A DNA stretch of 25,775 bases from Promethearchaeota archaeon (GTDB taxonomy: Archaea > Asgardarchaeota > Lokiarchaeia > Sigyniarchaeales > SOKP01), in the NCBI GenBank assembly GCA_019057865.1, contig JAHLWP010000046.1, positions 1-25,775 on the forward strand, read 5' to 3'. Below, in pieces: positions 9,487 through 19,201 of this stretch. The notes under the pieces were generated by a model that did no database searches, was not told the DNA's origin, and saw only the letters and a list, made by a program, of their open reading frames with translations. Within the stretch, counting starts at the first letter, position 1. Each line of letters opens with the position of its first letter. The translations under genes were made by a program, and so were the position numbers.

Positions 9487-10968
9487 CTATAAATACACTC
9501 GAAAATTATAATTTAAGATTTCATTGTGCCACTCTAATAAATATTCTTGTTCAACTCTTCCATTATCTAATATAAAAGTAGCTAAATTTTCTAATTCAGA
9601 ATTTTTGGAATTACAAAATTCTTTAATAGATTTTAATTGGCTTTCAGGAACGGGTCTATAAGGGAAGGATAATTCTGGAGGTATTTTTATTATTTTAATA
9701 TTGTCTACTTCTAAATTGTTTATAATTTCTCTATAGATATTACAGCCCCCAAGATCATAATCTACCCATAGAAAATAATTAGCTTCAGGTTTATTTCTTA
9801 TAATATCCATAAGAATTTTCTTTCGAAAATACCCAGAAATACCCATTCCTTTTATAAAGATAAGTAGAGCATTATTCGTGTTGACCCAATTATCTAATAC
9901 CAATTGAGCGAAGACAGCGTAATTTTCGATTAATAAGACGAGATTACCTCTAAAATTTATTTTTTTTATATTTGTGTAAGATAAATTAGAAAACGAAACT
10001 GATGGACCACCAATTTTAATAGAATTACCATCTTGCATTTGTAAAATTAGTTCACCTGAAAAAGTAAATGAATCTAAAGCTAGAATTAAGCCAAGATCGT
10101 CACAAATTTTCCCAGAAAATTTTTGTATAATAGAATTAATATCATTTGAGTATTTATCAAGAATTTTTGACGGGTCTTCTTTAATCATGATTGGAGAATT
10201 TTGAAATGCCCTTGCTGATACTTCTCGTAATGTTAAATTGTCTCTATAAATTTGATACCATGTACATAGACCATATAGTATTATCAGGTATTTTGGGGGA
10301 TTTATTGCTGAATTTTTCGGAATAATAGACGATTTTTCTAATGTATTCCACATTGGATCATTTAACTCTAACCCTTTTAACTGATCTTCTAATAAGTTGT
10401 ATAATATTCTTTTATTTTCATCATATAGCTTAAGATTTTTCTTATCGAGTGTTTGTAAAATAAAATCTTTACCCATCGAAATTTGCTCTTCAACACTTAG
10501 AAACCCTATTAAATTCTTAATCTTCTTTTTTCCTAGATCTGTTAAAAGAATGTAGTTTTTTTCTTTATTTGATTTTTGAACAACAAGTGTTTTTTTTAAA
10601 ATTAGTCCTTTTTGAATAAAACTGTTAGTTATCTCATCAAATTTTATATCTTGATACTTTGCTTTTAGTTTTTTATTCCAGATTTTTTCATTAATTTTAT
10701 CATTCCATAAAGAAGTAAAAACTGATTTCAAAAATTGGAGATCAATATCTTTTAATTTGTAATCCTTAACAGGAACAATACACCTTTTTATTTTTTCTTC
10801 TTTTCTACGCCTCCCCCATGTGTTTTTATGATATTGGCATTCTTTTACTTCATAACTATGAAATATTTGATATGGTCCCTCTGTTGTCTTATACTCTTTC
10901 TTAACATACTTAAACAACTCTGCAGAACAATCACATGGTTTTTTATCAATTCTGTTTAATGGCGTCAG
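9487..10968 (-). CDS. jetD: Wadjet JetD-like (DUF2220/Topo VI-A-related Toprim) nuclease
   Basis: LLIENYAVF (Toprim Glu), IKGMG, LWVDYDLGGCNIY (DxD), C-terminal RVEQE, and LREVSARAF...DPSKILD. The track starts at TTG 10917, but the frame is open to CTG 10968, which has GGTGA 5 nt upstream. Confidence 0.88.
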   Translation of the reverse strand: MTPLNRIDKKPCDCSAELFKYVKKEYKTTEGPYQIFHSYEVKECQYHKNTWGRRRKEEKIKRCIVPVKDYKLKDIDLQFLKSVFTSLWNDKINEKIWNKKLKAKYQDIKFDEITNSFIQKGLILKKTLVVQKSNKEKNYILLTDLGKKKIKNLIGFLSVEEQISMGKDFILQTLDKKNLKLYDENKRILYNLLEDQLKGLELNDPMWNTLEKSSIIPKNSAINPPKYLIILYGLCTWYQIYRDNLTLREVSARAFQNSPIMIKEDPSKILDKYSNDINSIIQKFSGKICDDLGLILALDSFTFSGELILQMQDGNSIKIGGPSVSFSNLSYTNIKKINFRGNLVLLIENYAVFAQLVLDNWVNTNNALLIFIKGMGISGYFRKKILMDIIRNKPEANYFLWVDYDLGGCNIYREIINNLEVDNIKIIKIPPELSFPYRPVPESQLKSIKEFCNSKNSELENLATFILDNGRVEQEYLLEWHNEILNYNFRVYL

Positions 10969-13837
10969 TTAAATCACCAGCCTTTTTTACTTCTTGATCA
11001 AAATTGATTAATGTTATTTGAGACTCTTTATTTTGATTTTTCCAGATTTGAATAATATTTGGAAAGATTCTAATATATCCAGGTGTAGGAGTATAAGGGG
11101 AAATACATATTAACTTTTTTTCTGGTAAATGTTTTTCAATCACTAAAGCTAAAAGTTCTTTATGATCATCAGCAATGTTTTGATCAAATTCATCCCATAC
11201 GGAGAAAGATGAAGAAGATTCAGCCAAAATAGACATTTCAAAGGCAATGGAAGCCCTAAGTCTTTCACCCTTGCTAAAATTTGAATATTCAATTGGATCT
11301 AAAGAACCACCAACAGTATTAGATACATTTATACTTAGTTGATAATCACCTTCGATTTCTGTTTCATTGAATTTTAATTCTCCATCTAAATTGAGCCCTA
11401 TCATTATAGATTTATAACGCTTACTTACTATATCCTGCCATTTTAAAAGTTTGTCTTTTAAATTTGATACAGTGATCAGAAATTTATTTTGACATTCATC
11501 TTTCTCAAATTCAAATTGGTGATTTAAATCATCTAAAGTCTGAATATTATTCTTAGTATCCTCATAAAGCTTTACTATTGATGAATCTACATCTTGATAC
11601 TGGTCTAGTGCAGACTCAGTTTTTAAAATTTCATTATTAAAATATTCTACATTTTCAACAGGTTTTTCAATTTGAGATAATATCTGATTAGCTTCTTTAT
11701 TTATTCCCTTATACTTATAGTTATCATCGATTGTATAATTTTTAACAAGACAGATTGATTCATTTTCGAACTCAATACTTTCTAATATGTTTACTCTCTC
11801 AACATAGTTATTAAAATCGTCGGCTAAATTATTCAATTCTAATATCAAAGAAGTTAATTCTTGATTATTTTCCTCAATTAAATTCCTTTTTTCCTCTATA
11901 TTTCTTTTAGATCTTTCAATATCTTCATTTAGACGCTCAATATTTTGTTGTGGAAATGAAAGTATGGAATGCAGTTCATCTAATCTTTTAGAAGATTCTA
12001 TTTTTTCTTTTTCAAATATATCAATTTCAGTCTCTTTATTTTTTAAATCTATATATTCAAGTTTTTTATTAACAAGTTCTAGCATTTGCTTTTTTTCTGA
12101 GATTTCAGATTTTAGTTTTGTAATTTTATTATTTAAACTCTCAATGTGTTTAACTATTCTATTTTTTTCTTTTTCTATAGCTCCTTTTCCGATCATATAG
12201 CTAGTGTCAGTAAAATAGAATTTTCTTTGAGAATAAATATTGTAAGTATATCCATCTTGACAAAAGATTTTTGAATATGGTGCTTGAATTAAGAATTGCT
12301 CTTTTTCTTTAACTGAATTAGCAAAGTAAAGCCCTCGCATCATTAAGTCCATTAAATCCTCAATAGTTTCAAAGGAAAATAATTGAGGGCATATTTCTAT
12401 TATAGAAGACCAATCTCTTAATCCTTTTTTTCCTTTTAAAACATATTTCTTTCTCGGACTAAGAATTATTGCATTAGATTTTAAATCTCTATTTAATTCT
12501 TCAGCTAATCTACCATCTTCTTCTTTTACTACTATTCCAATTTTATTATGTGCCAAAATGTTTTCTATGTAATCATGCCATATATCTGTTCCCTTTTTAA
12601 ACTCCAACGTCTCAAACAGTAATTCAGATGAGATATTTTTTTCTCTAAATCTCTTTTGAATTTTAGAGATATAAGCCGGTATAACAAATTTTTCATGTTC
12701 TATCTCTTTTAAGTTTATATTATAATCTTTTAACTTTTTTTGCAAATTTATCTTATTAGCTTTTAATTCTTCTAACTCTTGCTCTTCTTTTTTCTTCTGC
12801 TGTTCAATTTCAATTTGGTTAGAAATTTCTGAGACTGAAACTTTTAGAGTATCCAAATATGAGATTACTGCTTCATAGCTCGTTGTAAATTCCCTTATTT
12901 TATATTTCAAATCATCTATTTTTTTAATTAGCTCCTTTTTCTCAACCTGTTGGGTTTGAAATTTAGTTTTTATGTTTGAAATTTTTTGAGTGATTGATTT
13001 TATTTCATTTCTCAATTTTTCAATCTCTTCAGATAATTTTTCATTATTTTCATAAATAGAAAAAAATTTCTCCTCGATCTCATTAAAATAATTGAAAGTA
13101 TTATGGATTTTAGCTTTAATTTGATTTAGCTTTAATTCAGCTAAAATTTTTTCAAATTCTTTTTTTTTCTGAAATCTTTTATACGTTCCTTCAATGGTTT
13201 GGAATTTTAGATGTAATTCTCTCAATCTTTTATTCGCATCTTCAAGTTTTTTATTTGCCTCATTGAGCTCATTTCTTGCAGTGCTAACTTTGTCTTTATA
13301 TTCATCTATCCCTATAAACCTTGAAACTGCATTGTATCTTTCTTTAGGAGATTTTTGAGTCCATATGACCGTCTGTTGATCATCAATAAATATTAATGGA
13401 TCATTCCAATCACCAAAATTTTTTAATTCTTCTTTTGTGATTCTTCGTTCTTCCCCCCTAATTTTAATATATTTTCTGTTCCTTTTCTTTTTCCCTTTAA
13501 AAGCCTCTAAACCTATAATAACTTCTTCATCAATAGGATATTGATTCAAAGCATCTGGACCTGTATTTAAAACAGTTAGTTCTATTTTTGCGTGATTTTT
13601 ATAGACTTTTCTTTTAACACCTCCATCATCAATTTCTTCAAAAGTGAAAAATTCATTATCACGCTCAATTTTTCTACCTAATACATACTGAAGAGCATTT
13701 AATATATGTGTTTTCCCAGATCCACTACTGCCAGTGATATAACATCGATCCATCAAATCTCCGAACGTTATGATTGTATTTTTATGACTTCCAAAATTCT
13801 GAAGAAAGATTTTTGTAGGTATTGGAAACTTACTCAT
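10946..13837 (-). CDS. jetC: SMC ATPase (JetC/MksB-position subunit) with Smc5/6-like head and hinge
   Basis: LQNFGSH, Walker A GSSGSGKT, Q-loop DDQQ, two long coiled coils around a hinge (LFETLEF...WHDYIENIL...IVV), signature FSKGER, Walker B VWDEFD, CISP. Probable ATG at 13837 with GAGGAGGGAG upstream. Confidence 0.88.
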   Translation of the reverse strand: MSKFPIPTKIFLQNFGSHKNTIITFGDLMDRCYITGSSGSGKTHILNALQYVLGRKIERDNEFFTFEEIDDGGVKRKVYKNHAKIELTVLNTGPDALNQYPIDEEVIIGLEAFKGKKKRNRKYIKIRGEERRITKEELKNFGDWNDPLIFIDDQQTVIWTQKSPKERYNAVSRFIGIDEYKDKVSTARNELNEANKKLEDANKRLRELHLKFQTIEGTYKRFQKKKEFEKILAELKLNQIKAKIHNTFNYFNEIEEKFFSIYENNEKLSEEIEKLRNEIKSITQKISNIKTKFQTQQVEKKELIKKIDDLKYKIREFTTSYEAVISYLDTLKVSVSEISNQIEIEQQKKKEEQELEELKANKINLQKKLKDYNINLKEIEHEKFVIPAYISKIQKRFREKNISSELLFETLEFKKGTDIWHDYIENILAHNKIGIVVKEEDGRLAEELNRDLKSNAIILSPRKKYVLKGKKGLRDWSSIIEICPQLFSFETIEDLMDLMMRGLYFANSVKEKEQFLIQAPYSKIFCQDGYTYNIYSQRKFYFTDTSYMIGKGAIEKEKNRIVKHIESLNNKITKLKSEISEKKQMLELVNKKLEYIDLKNKETEIDIFEKEKIESSKRLDELHSILSFPQQNIERLNEDIERSKRNIEEKRNLIEENNQELTSLILELNNLADDFNNYVERVNILESIEFENESICLVKNYTIDDNYKYKGINKEANQILSQIEKPVENVEYFNNEILKTESALDQYQDVDSSIVKLYEDTKNNIQTLDDLNHQFEFEKDECQNKFLITVSNLKDKLLKWQDIVSKRYKSIMIGLNLDGELKFNETEIEGDYQLSINVSNTVGGSLDPIEYSNFSKGERLRASIAFEMSILAESSSSFSVWDEFDQNIADDHKELLALVIEKHLPEKKLICISPYTPTPGYIRIFPNIIQIWKNQNKESQITLINFDQEVKKAGDLTDAIKQN

Positions 13838-14504
13838 TTGTGTTATCTCCCTCCTCCTCATTTTTGATTGAATCAGAAAGATTCATCTGTCTGCTTTTTG
13901 TTCTAATTTTCGCTCTAATTTGTAAGTAATTCTCGGGTAAAAATGATTCAAAATGAATATCATCATAGTCTTCATGGATTATTTGTTCAAAAATGTCTTT
14001 AAGCATTTCTGTAGATATACATGCCTTTAAGACAGCTGTAGGTTGATAGATTTTTATGCCATCTTTATCAATTTCTCTTATCCATCGATTACGTTTTAAT
14101 TCTCTTAAAATTCCTCTCACCTCGTTAGCATTTATGCTGGTTGATTGGAGTTTTTGTTCTAATACATCAAAAGTAGGACCATTTAAAAATTCAAACTCAT
14201 GAAGAAGAATTATGCAAGCAAGTGCTATTGCTTTATTAGAAATTGCTCTTCTTTTTGACTCATAAGCATCAAGATTTATTATAATTGGTACAATTTTCTC
14301 TTGAGTTTGTACAAATTGTAAGATTCCTTCAAAATATCTATTAGCTAAAGTAATAAAATTATCAATTTCTTGGGTGTTAGAAAAATTCAATAATTTTGAA
14401 TTTATCCCTATACCATTTGAGGTCCCTTGAAGGATTATTGAAATTTTTCTCATTGTTTCTTTATCTAATCCAATTTTATCAATATTAAATAATTTTTTTT
14501 GCAT
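13830..14504 (-). CDS. jetB: Kite (tandem winged-helix) subunit, JetB/MksE-like
   Basis: 224 aa, between kleisin and SMC. The C-terminal wHTH pattern AIALACIILL...EVRGILRELKRNRWI...YQPTAVL resembles DUF4194/MksE. Confidence 0.65.
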   Translation of the reverse strand: MQKKLFNIDKIGLDKETMRKISIILQGTSNGIGINSKLLNFSNTQEIDNFITLANRYFEGILQFVQTQEKIVPIIINLDAYESKRRAISNKAIALACIILLHEFEFLNGPTFDVLEQKLQSTSINANEVRGILRELKRNRWIREIDKDGIKIYQPTAVLKACISTEMLKDIFEQIIHEDYDDIHFESFLPENYLQIRAKIRTKSRQMNLSDSIKNEEEGDNTNE

Positions 14505-15865
14505 TAATCTCCCTCAATTAATTCATCACTAATTATATTATATTTCCTAGTAGTAAAATTTTCAATATGCCTTTTCAAATCTTTAATTGCATGAAATTCA
14601 TCTTCAATATGAATTTTGTTTTCCATCGATAAAGTGTAAAACATTAAAAGATTTTCTAGAAAAGTGCGTGGATTTCTATTTCTAACAATACGATAATCTT
14701 GTGCTGGATTAAATTTTACGGCCTTCTCTAATAGAGTTTCTTTTAATGGGATAAGATCTGATTTTTCAATAAGGTGTTCAATAAATGATATTTCTTCTAA
14801 AATAGAACTTGGAGACTTAGGTAATTCCTCAAACTCAGGATCTTCTACTTTTCTTAATACGTTGATTAAAGCTCTTTTTATATAATAAGAATTTATTTTC
14901 ATTGGAAATTGTACTGGAATAGCACAAGAATTACATTCAAAGAATAACTTTTGCCAATCTATCTTATCTAAATTTGTTAAGATAAAATCCTCCATTTTAA
15001 TAAATGGCTTTTCTAATAAGATTCCTTTTGATTTAGCTAACCTTAAATCGTATTTAGTTGAAGCTAAGTTCAATAATTGAATAATAGTGTCCAAAAGATG
15101 CATACTTATCTGAACATGATGTTGAATAGTTATCTCAGAGTCATTTAGGTCATCTCTATTTTGAATTTCTAATACCTGATCCATTAATTTATAGATTTCT
15201 TTAACATAATCATCAAATTCGGGATCTTCCAAGATAGTGTTGCCTTGTCTTTTTAAATTTTCAGAAAGATCTTTTAACGCATTAACAAGCCCGTATACCC
15301 AGCTTAATTCCAAACCATATTGCTCAAAATTAATAAAAGACCGGATCATCTCAACCATTACAAATAAATCCTCAAATACACCATAACGTTTCATTGCTAT
15401 TGTTTCTAATTTAAGTTTTTGATAATTATGAACGAGAAATTTACCCATCGAGGTAAGTCTAAGAATTTCATTATTTTCATTTAAAGGATTTAAAATTGAT
15501 CTACCTATAAGATTTGATAAAATATTATCAAACTGCTCCCAAGAAAGAGATTCAATATCTTTACAGTACCCTTCAAAGACTTTATATTTAGATAAGTAAC
15601 CCTCAGAGCTTCTTTTCATTCCAATATAGAATAAAATTTTCATAGCTGTGTTTAAATCTTCTGGAGTGTGAAATTTATCTATGTTTTTTCCAAAAGATAA
15701 TAGCATTTTATCAGCAGCTTTAGATTCTTGTGATTCACAAGACATTACTTCTTCGTGGCTTATTTTTGGAATTAATTTTTTGAGGCTTTTTTGAGTATCT
15801 TCAGAGAGAAAAAATTGATTCTTCTTATTTCCGAATTTCTCTTGTTTTTCAGTATTTTCTTTCAT
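14504..15865 (-). CDS. jetA: Kleisin subunit, JetA/MksF-like
   Basis: N-terminal wHTH (FDNILSNLIGRSIL...LRLTSMGK), helical middle region, and C-terminal TFLENLLMFYTLSMENKIHIED resembling the kleisin C-terminal wHTH. Size and position match jetA. Confidence 0.65.
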   Translation of the reverse strand: MKENTEKQEKFGNKKNQFFLSEDTQKSLKKLIPKISHEEVMSCESQESKAADKMLLSFGKNIDKFHTPEDLNTAMKILFYIGMKRSSEGYLSKYKVFEGYCKDIESLSWEQFDNILSNLIGRSILNPLNENNEILRLTSMGKFLVHNYQKLKLETIAMKRYGVFEDLFVMVEMIRSFINFEQYGLELSWVYGLVNALKDLSENLKRQGNTILEDPEFDDYVKEIYKLMDQVLEIQNRDDLNDSEITIQHHVQISMHLLDTIIQLLNLASTKYDLRLAKSKGILLEKPFIKMEDFILTNLDKIDWQKLFFECNSCAIPVQFPMKINSYYIKRALINVLRKVEDPEFEELPKSPSSILEEISFIEHLIEKSDLIPLKETLLEKAVKFNPAQDYRIVRNRNPRTFLENLLMFYTLSMENKIHIEDEFHAIKDLKRHIENFTTRKYNIISDELIEGD

Positions 15866-15868
15866 CCT

Positions 15869-16585
15869 TTAGTTTTCCTCCCCTAAATTCCGTTCTAAAT
15901 GAAAATATTTTAGTTTATAGAATTTTTCTCCGTTAGATCTAACATAATAATCCAATAAACCCCTGTCTACTAATTCATTCAATCTATTCCGCATTTTTTG
16001 ATCATAAGTAGAGATTGATTTGTCCCAACCTGGAGCTTCAAGTTCCCGTATAAATACTTTAAGGTTCATAGGATCGTTCTTTTTATCTACAAATTTTTCC
16101 AGAATTTCCAAATCTATAAGATCTAAATTCATATAGTTTGGAATAATTACATAATTAAATGATGTATAATTATAATCTAAAATTTCGTATGGGTGCAATA
16201 TATACTTATCTGAATTTAAGCCATCTCTCAAGAGAATTGTATGTAAATGATACTTCAAGGGGGTTAAATTAAGAAATATCTGCCAATCTTCATAAGCTTC
16301 TTCTAATTTTTGCCTTAAGAATCTAATGTTTCTAATAATTTCAGGATAATTTAAGGATATAAAGAATTCTGTGGTTTCTCCTTGATAAATTAATGGAAGA
16401 GTACCTTTAAGTTGTTCAATAACCTCTATGTCTTTTTCTTTATTGAAAATTAAGTATGTAATCTTGTCAACTTTTTCATTCTTAAATATTAACTGTCGAA
16501 TTCTCGAAAAATGAACCAAGGATATATCAGATTTTTCTTTATACTCATGATTAATAGGAATCAACTCTAATATGCCCCGATTCAT
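15869..16585 (-). CDS. CARF-like Rossmann domain + winged-helix protein (Csa3/DUF6293-like regulator)
   Basis: Alpha/beta N-domain with VDKITYLI and QIFLNLTP (cf. CARF 'D-x-v-x-l' and 'i-x-v-N-l-T/S-G-G'), then a C-terminal wHTH LDLIDLEILE...RNRLNELVDRGLL...GEKFYKL. Confidence 0.55.
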   Translation of the reverse strand: MNRGILELIPINHEYKEKSDISLVHFSRIRQLIFKNEKVDKITYLIFNKEKDIEVIEQLKGTLPLIYQGETTEFFISLNYPEIIRNIRFLRQKLEEAYEDWQIFLNLTPLKYHLHTILLRDGLNSDKYILHPYEILDYNYTSFNYVIIPNYMNLDLIDLEILEKFVDKKNDPMNLKVFIRELEAPGWDKSISTYDQKMRNRLNELVDRGLLDYYVRSNGEKFYKLKYFHLERNLGEEN

Positions 16586-16588
16586 ATC

Positions 16589-19201
16589 TTACACCTCTTT
16601 ATAACACCAATCCTCAAATTTATCCAATCTATTGACTTTAATCTTCAAATTTCGCCGTACTGGTTGTAAGATGTTAGCATTTGGGAAAATTTCTCTTATT
16701 TTTTGGAATTCTTCACCCTGTCTAGTCTTATCAGTATCAACCTTTAAAACGATTATCCAAAATAGATCTTCACTATAGTTTTTAATTGCTTCGAAAAACC
16801 TTTGCTTGGAATCATAGTCAAAACGGTCAGTTGTCTCATCAATGACAATAAGACCGTTGAATAGTTTTGCTAATGCAACCATTATACCCAAAGCTATGGC
16901 CCCTTGCTCCGAACCGCTGGGCATGTCATCTGCTATATCTATCACCTTTCCATCTATTGTTATTATCTTTGGTTTCAAGTAAATCTTACCACTCCTATCC
17001 ACGAATTTCTCAAACTTTAAGAACCGCTCTTTAGTGATTTCTTTATAGAAGCGTTCAGCATATTTAATGATTTTATTCATTACTTGTTCTTCAATCTCAT
17101 CTAGTTGAATGTTACTTTTTATTTGAGCACAAATAATTTGTATAGAGGGGATGATGATATCTTTCAATGTTTCATTTAACTCAATGTCCTTACATAGTTT
17201 TTTATACGTTTCTTGGTTCTCTGAAAGGAATTCATTAAAATTGTTAACAATTTCTAAGAATTCATCATTAATCCTAATTTTTTGTTCAATATACAATTCA
17301 AATTCCTTAATCGATTCGATGAGTGATTTAGCCTCATCCATCTTGAACTCTATTTCTGAACCTTCATCCTTTAATTCCTCTTTAAAGGCACTTTTAATTT
17401 TTTCAAGAAGTCCATTAATTTTTTCAAAGCTAGTCTCTGTAGTTTTCTTTTTTGAATGCTTGTTAATAAACTTCCGTGCCATTGTCTTTTGTTCCGATAT
17501 TAACTCATTCCAAGAATCTACAGTCTCCTTGGTGCTGACAACTTTTTTTAAATAGTTTTCAAAATCATTTAGGTGTTGGATTAATACAGGCTCGATTTCT
17601 TTAATCTTTTTCAATGATTCTTCAAGATCTTTTAATTCTGAAATACTTTCTTCAATCTGTTTTGATAACTCTTTAACAATTTCCTCAGCCATCTCTTCAT
17701 CGTCATCTTCAGTTAATACAGGGAGAAGATTTCGATCCATATTGAGGGGGTTATTATTATTGATGTATTCTTTCAATTCTGACAAGGACATGTATAGCAT
17801 TAACAATTTATTTCCGGTTGAATCAAATCCTACTTTTCCATAAAGATTAAAGATTTCATCTTCATTAGTAAATGAAATTGGATTTTTTATTCTCATGAGT
17901 TGTGATTCTCGGCGCAGAATGGCATTTGTAACATCTTTTTCTTCAATATTATGCTTCGAAAGTATCTTTTTTCGTTTAGAATATAGTGTAATACCTTCAT
18001 TAAATTTCTTTATATACTCGTTGATTTTTTCAGGTATTTTCAATATTTCCTCAATTTGCTTGACAAAGTCCAAATTAAATCCATCTACTAAATCCTTTAC
18101 CTCATCATTAAAATACCTTGAAAAATCAATGCTAATCTCTTTTATTTCATCACTTGGAGGATTAATTTCAATTTCTCGATGAAATTGGGATAACTTAGCG
18201 AATAAATCTTTAATTGCTTTAACATCCTTATAATAAGATTCCACTATTTCTTCTACTTCCTTTAAATCCATTGAATTCAATAAATCTTCTAAATCCTTGT
18301 ACTTTTCTTTCTTGTTAAAAATATTGCTCTGTAATTTTTCTGCTGTTTGCTTATAACCTTGATATTCTTCTTGGTCCTTTTTAACAGTTGATTTGACCAA
18401 TTTCAAGATTTCTTCATAATTATTATCCAGCTTTAATATCTTGATTAAATCTTCATATTCAAGTTTTCCATCACTATATTTACAAACTGCTTTCAAATCA
18501 TCTATAAAACTTGCATGCTTATTGTATATTTTTCCCTTCTGAGATTCAAGCTTTCCAATAGCTTTGGAAGTATAATTATTAATACTGTCAATCGCATCAC
18601 TCTTGTCCTTTAGATCTTTATGTAAAATGTCTTTAATAGCTTCGTAACCACCACCCGTAGTTCCAAATTTTTCACTAGCATTTTTAAATTCTTGAATGTT
18701 TTCAATAGCTATTAAGCGGTCGATGATCTCGGGATGAAGTTTAATTTTTTTAAGCTCTTCAGGTAAAATATCAATTGAAGTGCCCTTGCTCAATATCTCC
18801 GTACGAGGAATTATATCAATACCATTTTTACCCTCAAATACTAATTTCTTTTTTGTTTTTGGTAAAGTTTTGTAATCTTGAAAACTCACATTGGATCTCT
18901 GAAAGGTAACATGTTCTTTTGTCTTGGTTATCTCTCTTGTGAGCCTATATAATATACCTTTGAAAGTAAATGTCAATATGATCTTCCCATTAGTCCCATC
19001 AACCAAAATATGCTTCAAATCAACTCTGTTTCTTGGTCTAAATCCATTAAACACATAATTAAAGCATTTAATTAAAATAGTCTTACCCTCTCGATTATAA
19101 CCATAAATAATCACTAAATTTGAGTCAAATGGTATTTTAGCGGTCATACCTGAAATATTTTCTATTTGTATATTTATAGGTCTTAATGAGCTAACTGTCA
19201 T
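16589..19201 (-). CDS. rad50: Rad50/SbcC-like ABC ATPase lacking the CxxC zinc hook
   Basis: Walker A GYNREGKT, long coiled coils, signature PSGSEQ, Walker B/D-loop VIDETTDRFD; directly downstream of mre11 (ATGA overlap). Confidence 0.82.
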   Translation of the reverse strand: MTVSSLRPINIQIENISGMTAKIPFDSNLVIIYGYNREGKTILIKCFNYVFNGFRPRNRVDLKHILVDGTNGKIILTFTFKGILYRLTREITKTKEHVTFQRSNVSFQDYKTLPKTKKKLVFEGKNGIDIIPRTEILSKGTSIDILPEELKKIKLHPEIIDRLIAIENIQEFKNASEKFGTTGGGYEAIKDILHKDLKDKSDAIDSINNYTSKAIGKLESQKGKIYNKHASFIDDLKAVCKYSDGKLEYEDLIKILKLDNNYEEILKLVKSTVKKDQEEYQGYKQTAEKLQSNIFNKKEKYKDLEDLLNSMDLKEVEEIVESYYKDVKAIKDLFAKLSQFHREIEINPPSDEIKEISIDFSRYFNDEVKDLVDGFNLDFVKQIEEILKIPEKINEYIKKFNEGITLYSKRKKILSKHNIEEKDVTNAILRRESQLMRIKNPISFTNEDEIFNLYGKVGFDSTGNKLLMLYMSLSELKEYINNNNPLNMDRNLLPVLTEDDDEEMAEEIVKELSKQIEESISELKDLEESLKKIKEIEPVLIQHLNDFENYLKKVVSTKETVDSWNELISEQKTMARKFINKHSKKKTTETSFEKINGLLEKIKSAFKEELKDEGSEIEFKMDEAKSLIESIKEFELYIEQKIRINDEFLEIVNNFNEFLSENQETYKKLCKDIELNETLKDIIIPSIQIICAQIKSNIQLDEIEEQVMNKIIKYAERFYKEITKERFLKFEKFVDRSGKIYLKPKIITIDGKVIDIADDMPSGSEQGAIALGIMVALAKLFNGLIVIDETTDRFDYDSKQRFFEAIKNYSEDLFWIIVLKVDTDKTRQGEEFQKIREIFPNANILQPVRRNLKIKVNRLDKFEDWCYKEV

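Noticed and set aside
9487-10968. Topoisomerase VI subunit A / Spo11 call
   Set aside because: There is no top6B neighbour, and the RVEQE tail plus the position after kleisin-kite-SMC fit JetD/DUF2220 better.
10946-15865. Housekeeping Smc-ScpAB condensin
   Set aside because: The SMC is short (~960 aa) with non-canonical head and hinge motifs, the kleisin is JetA-sized, and a Toprim nuclease is attached.
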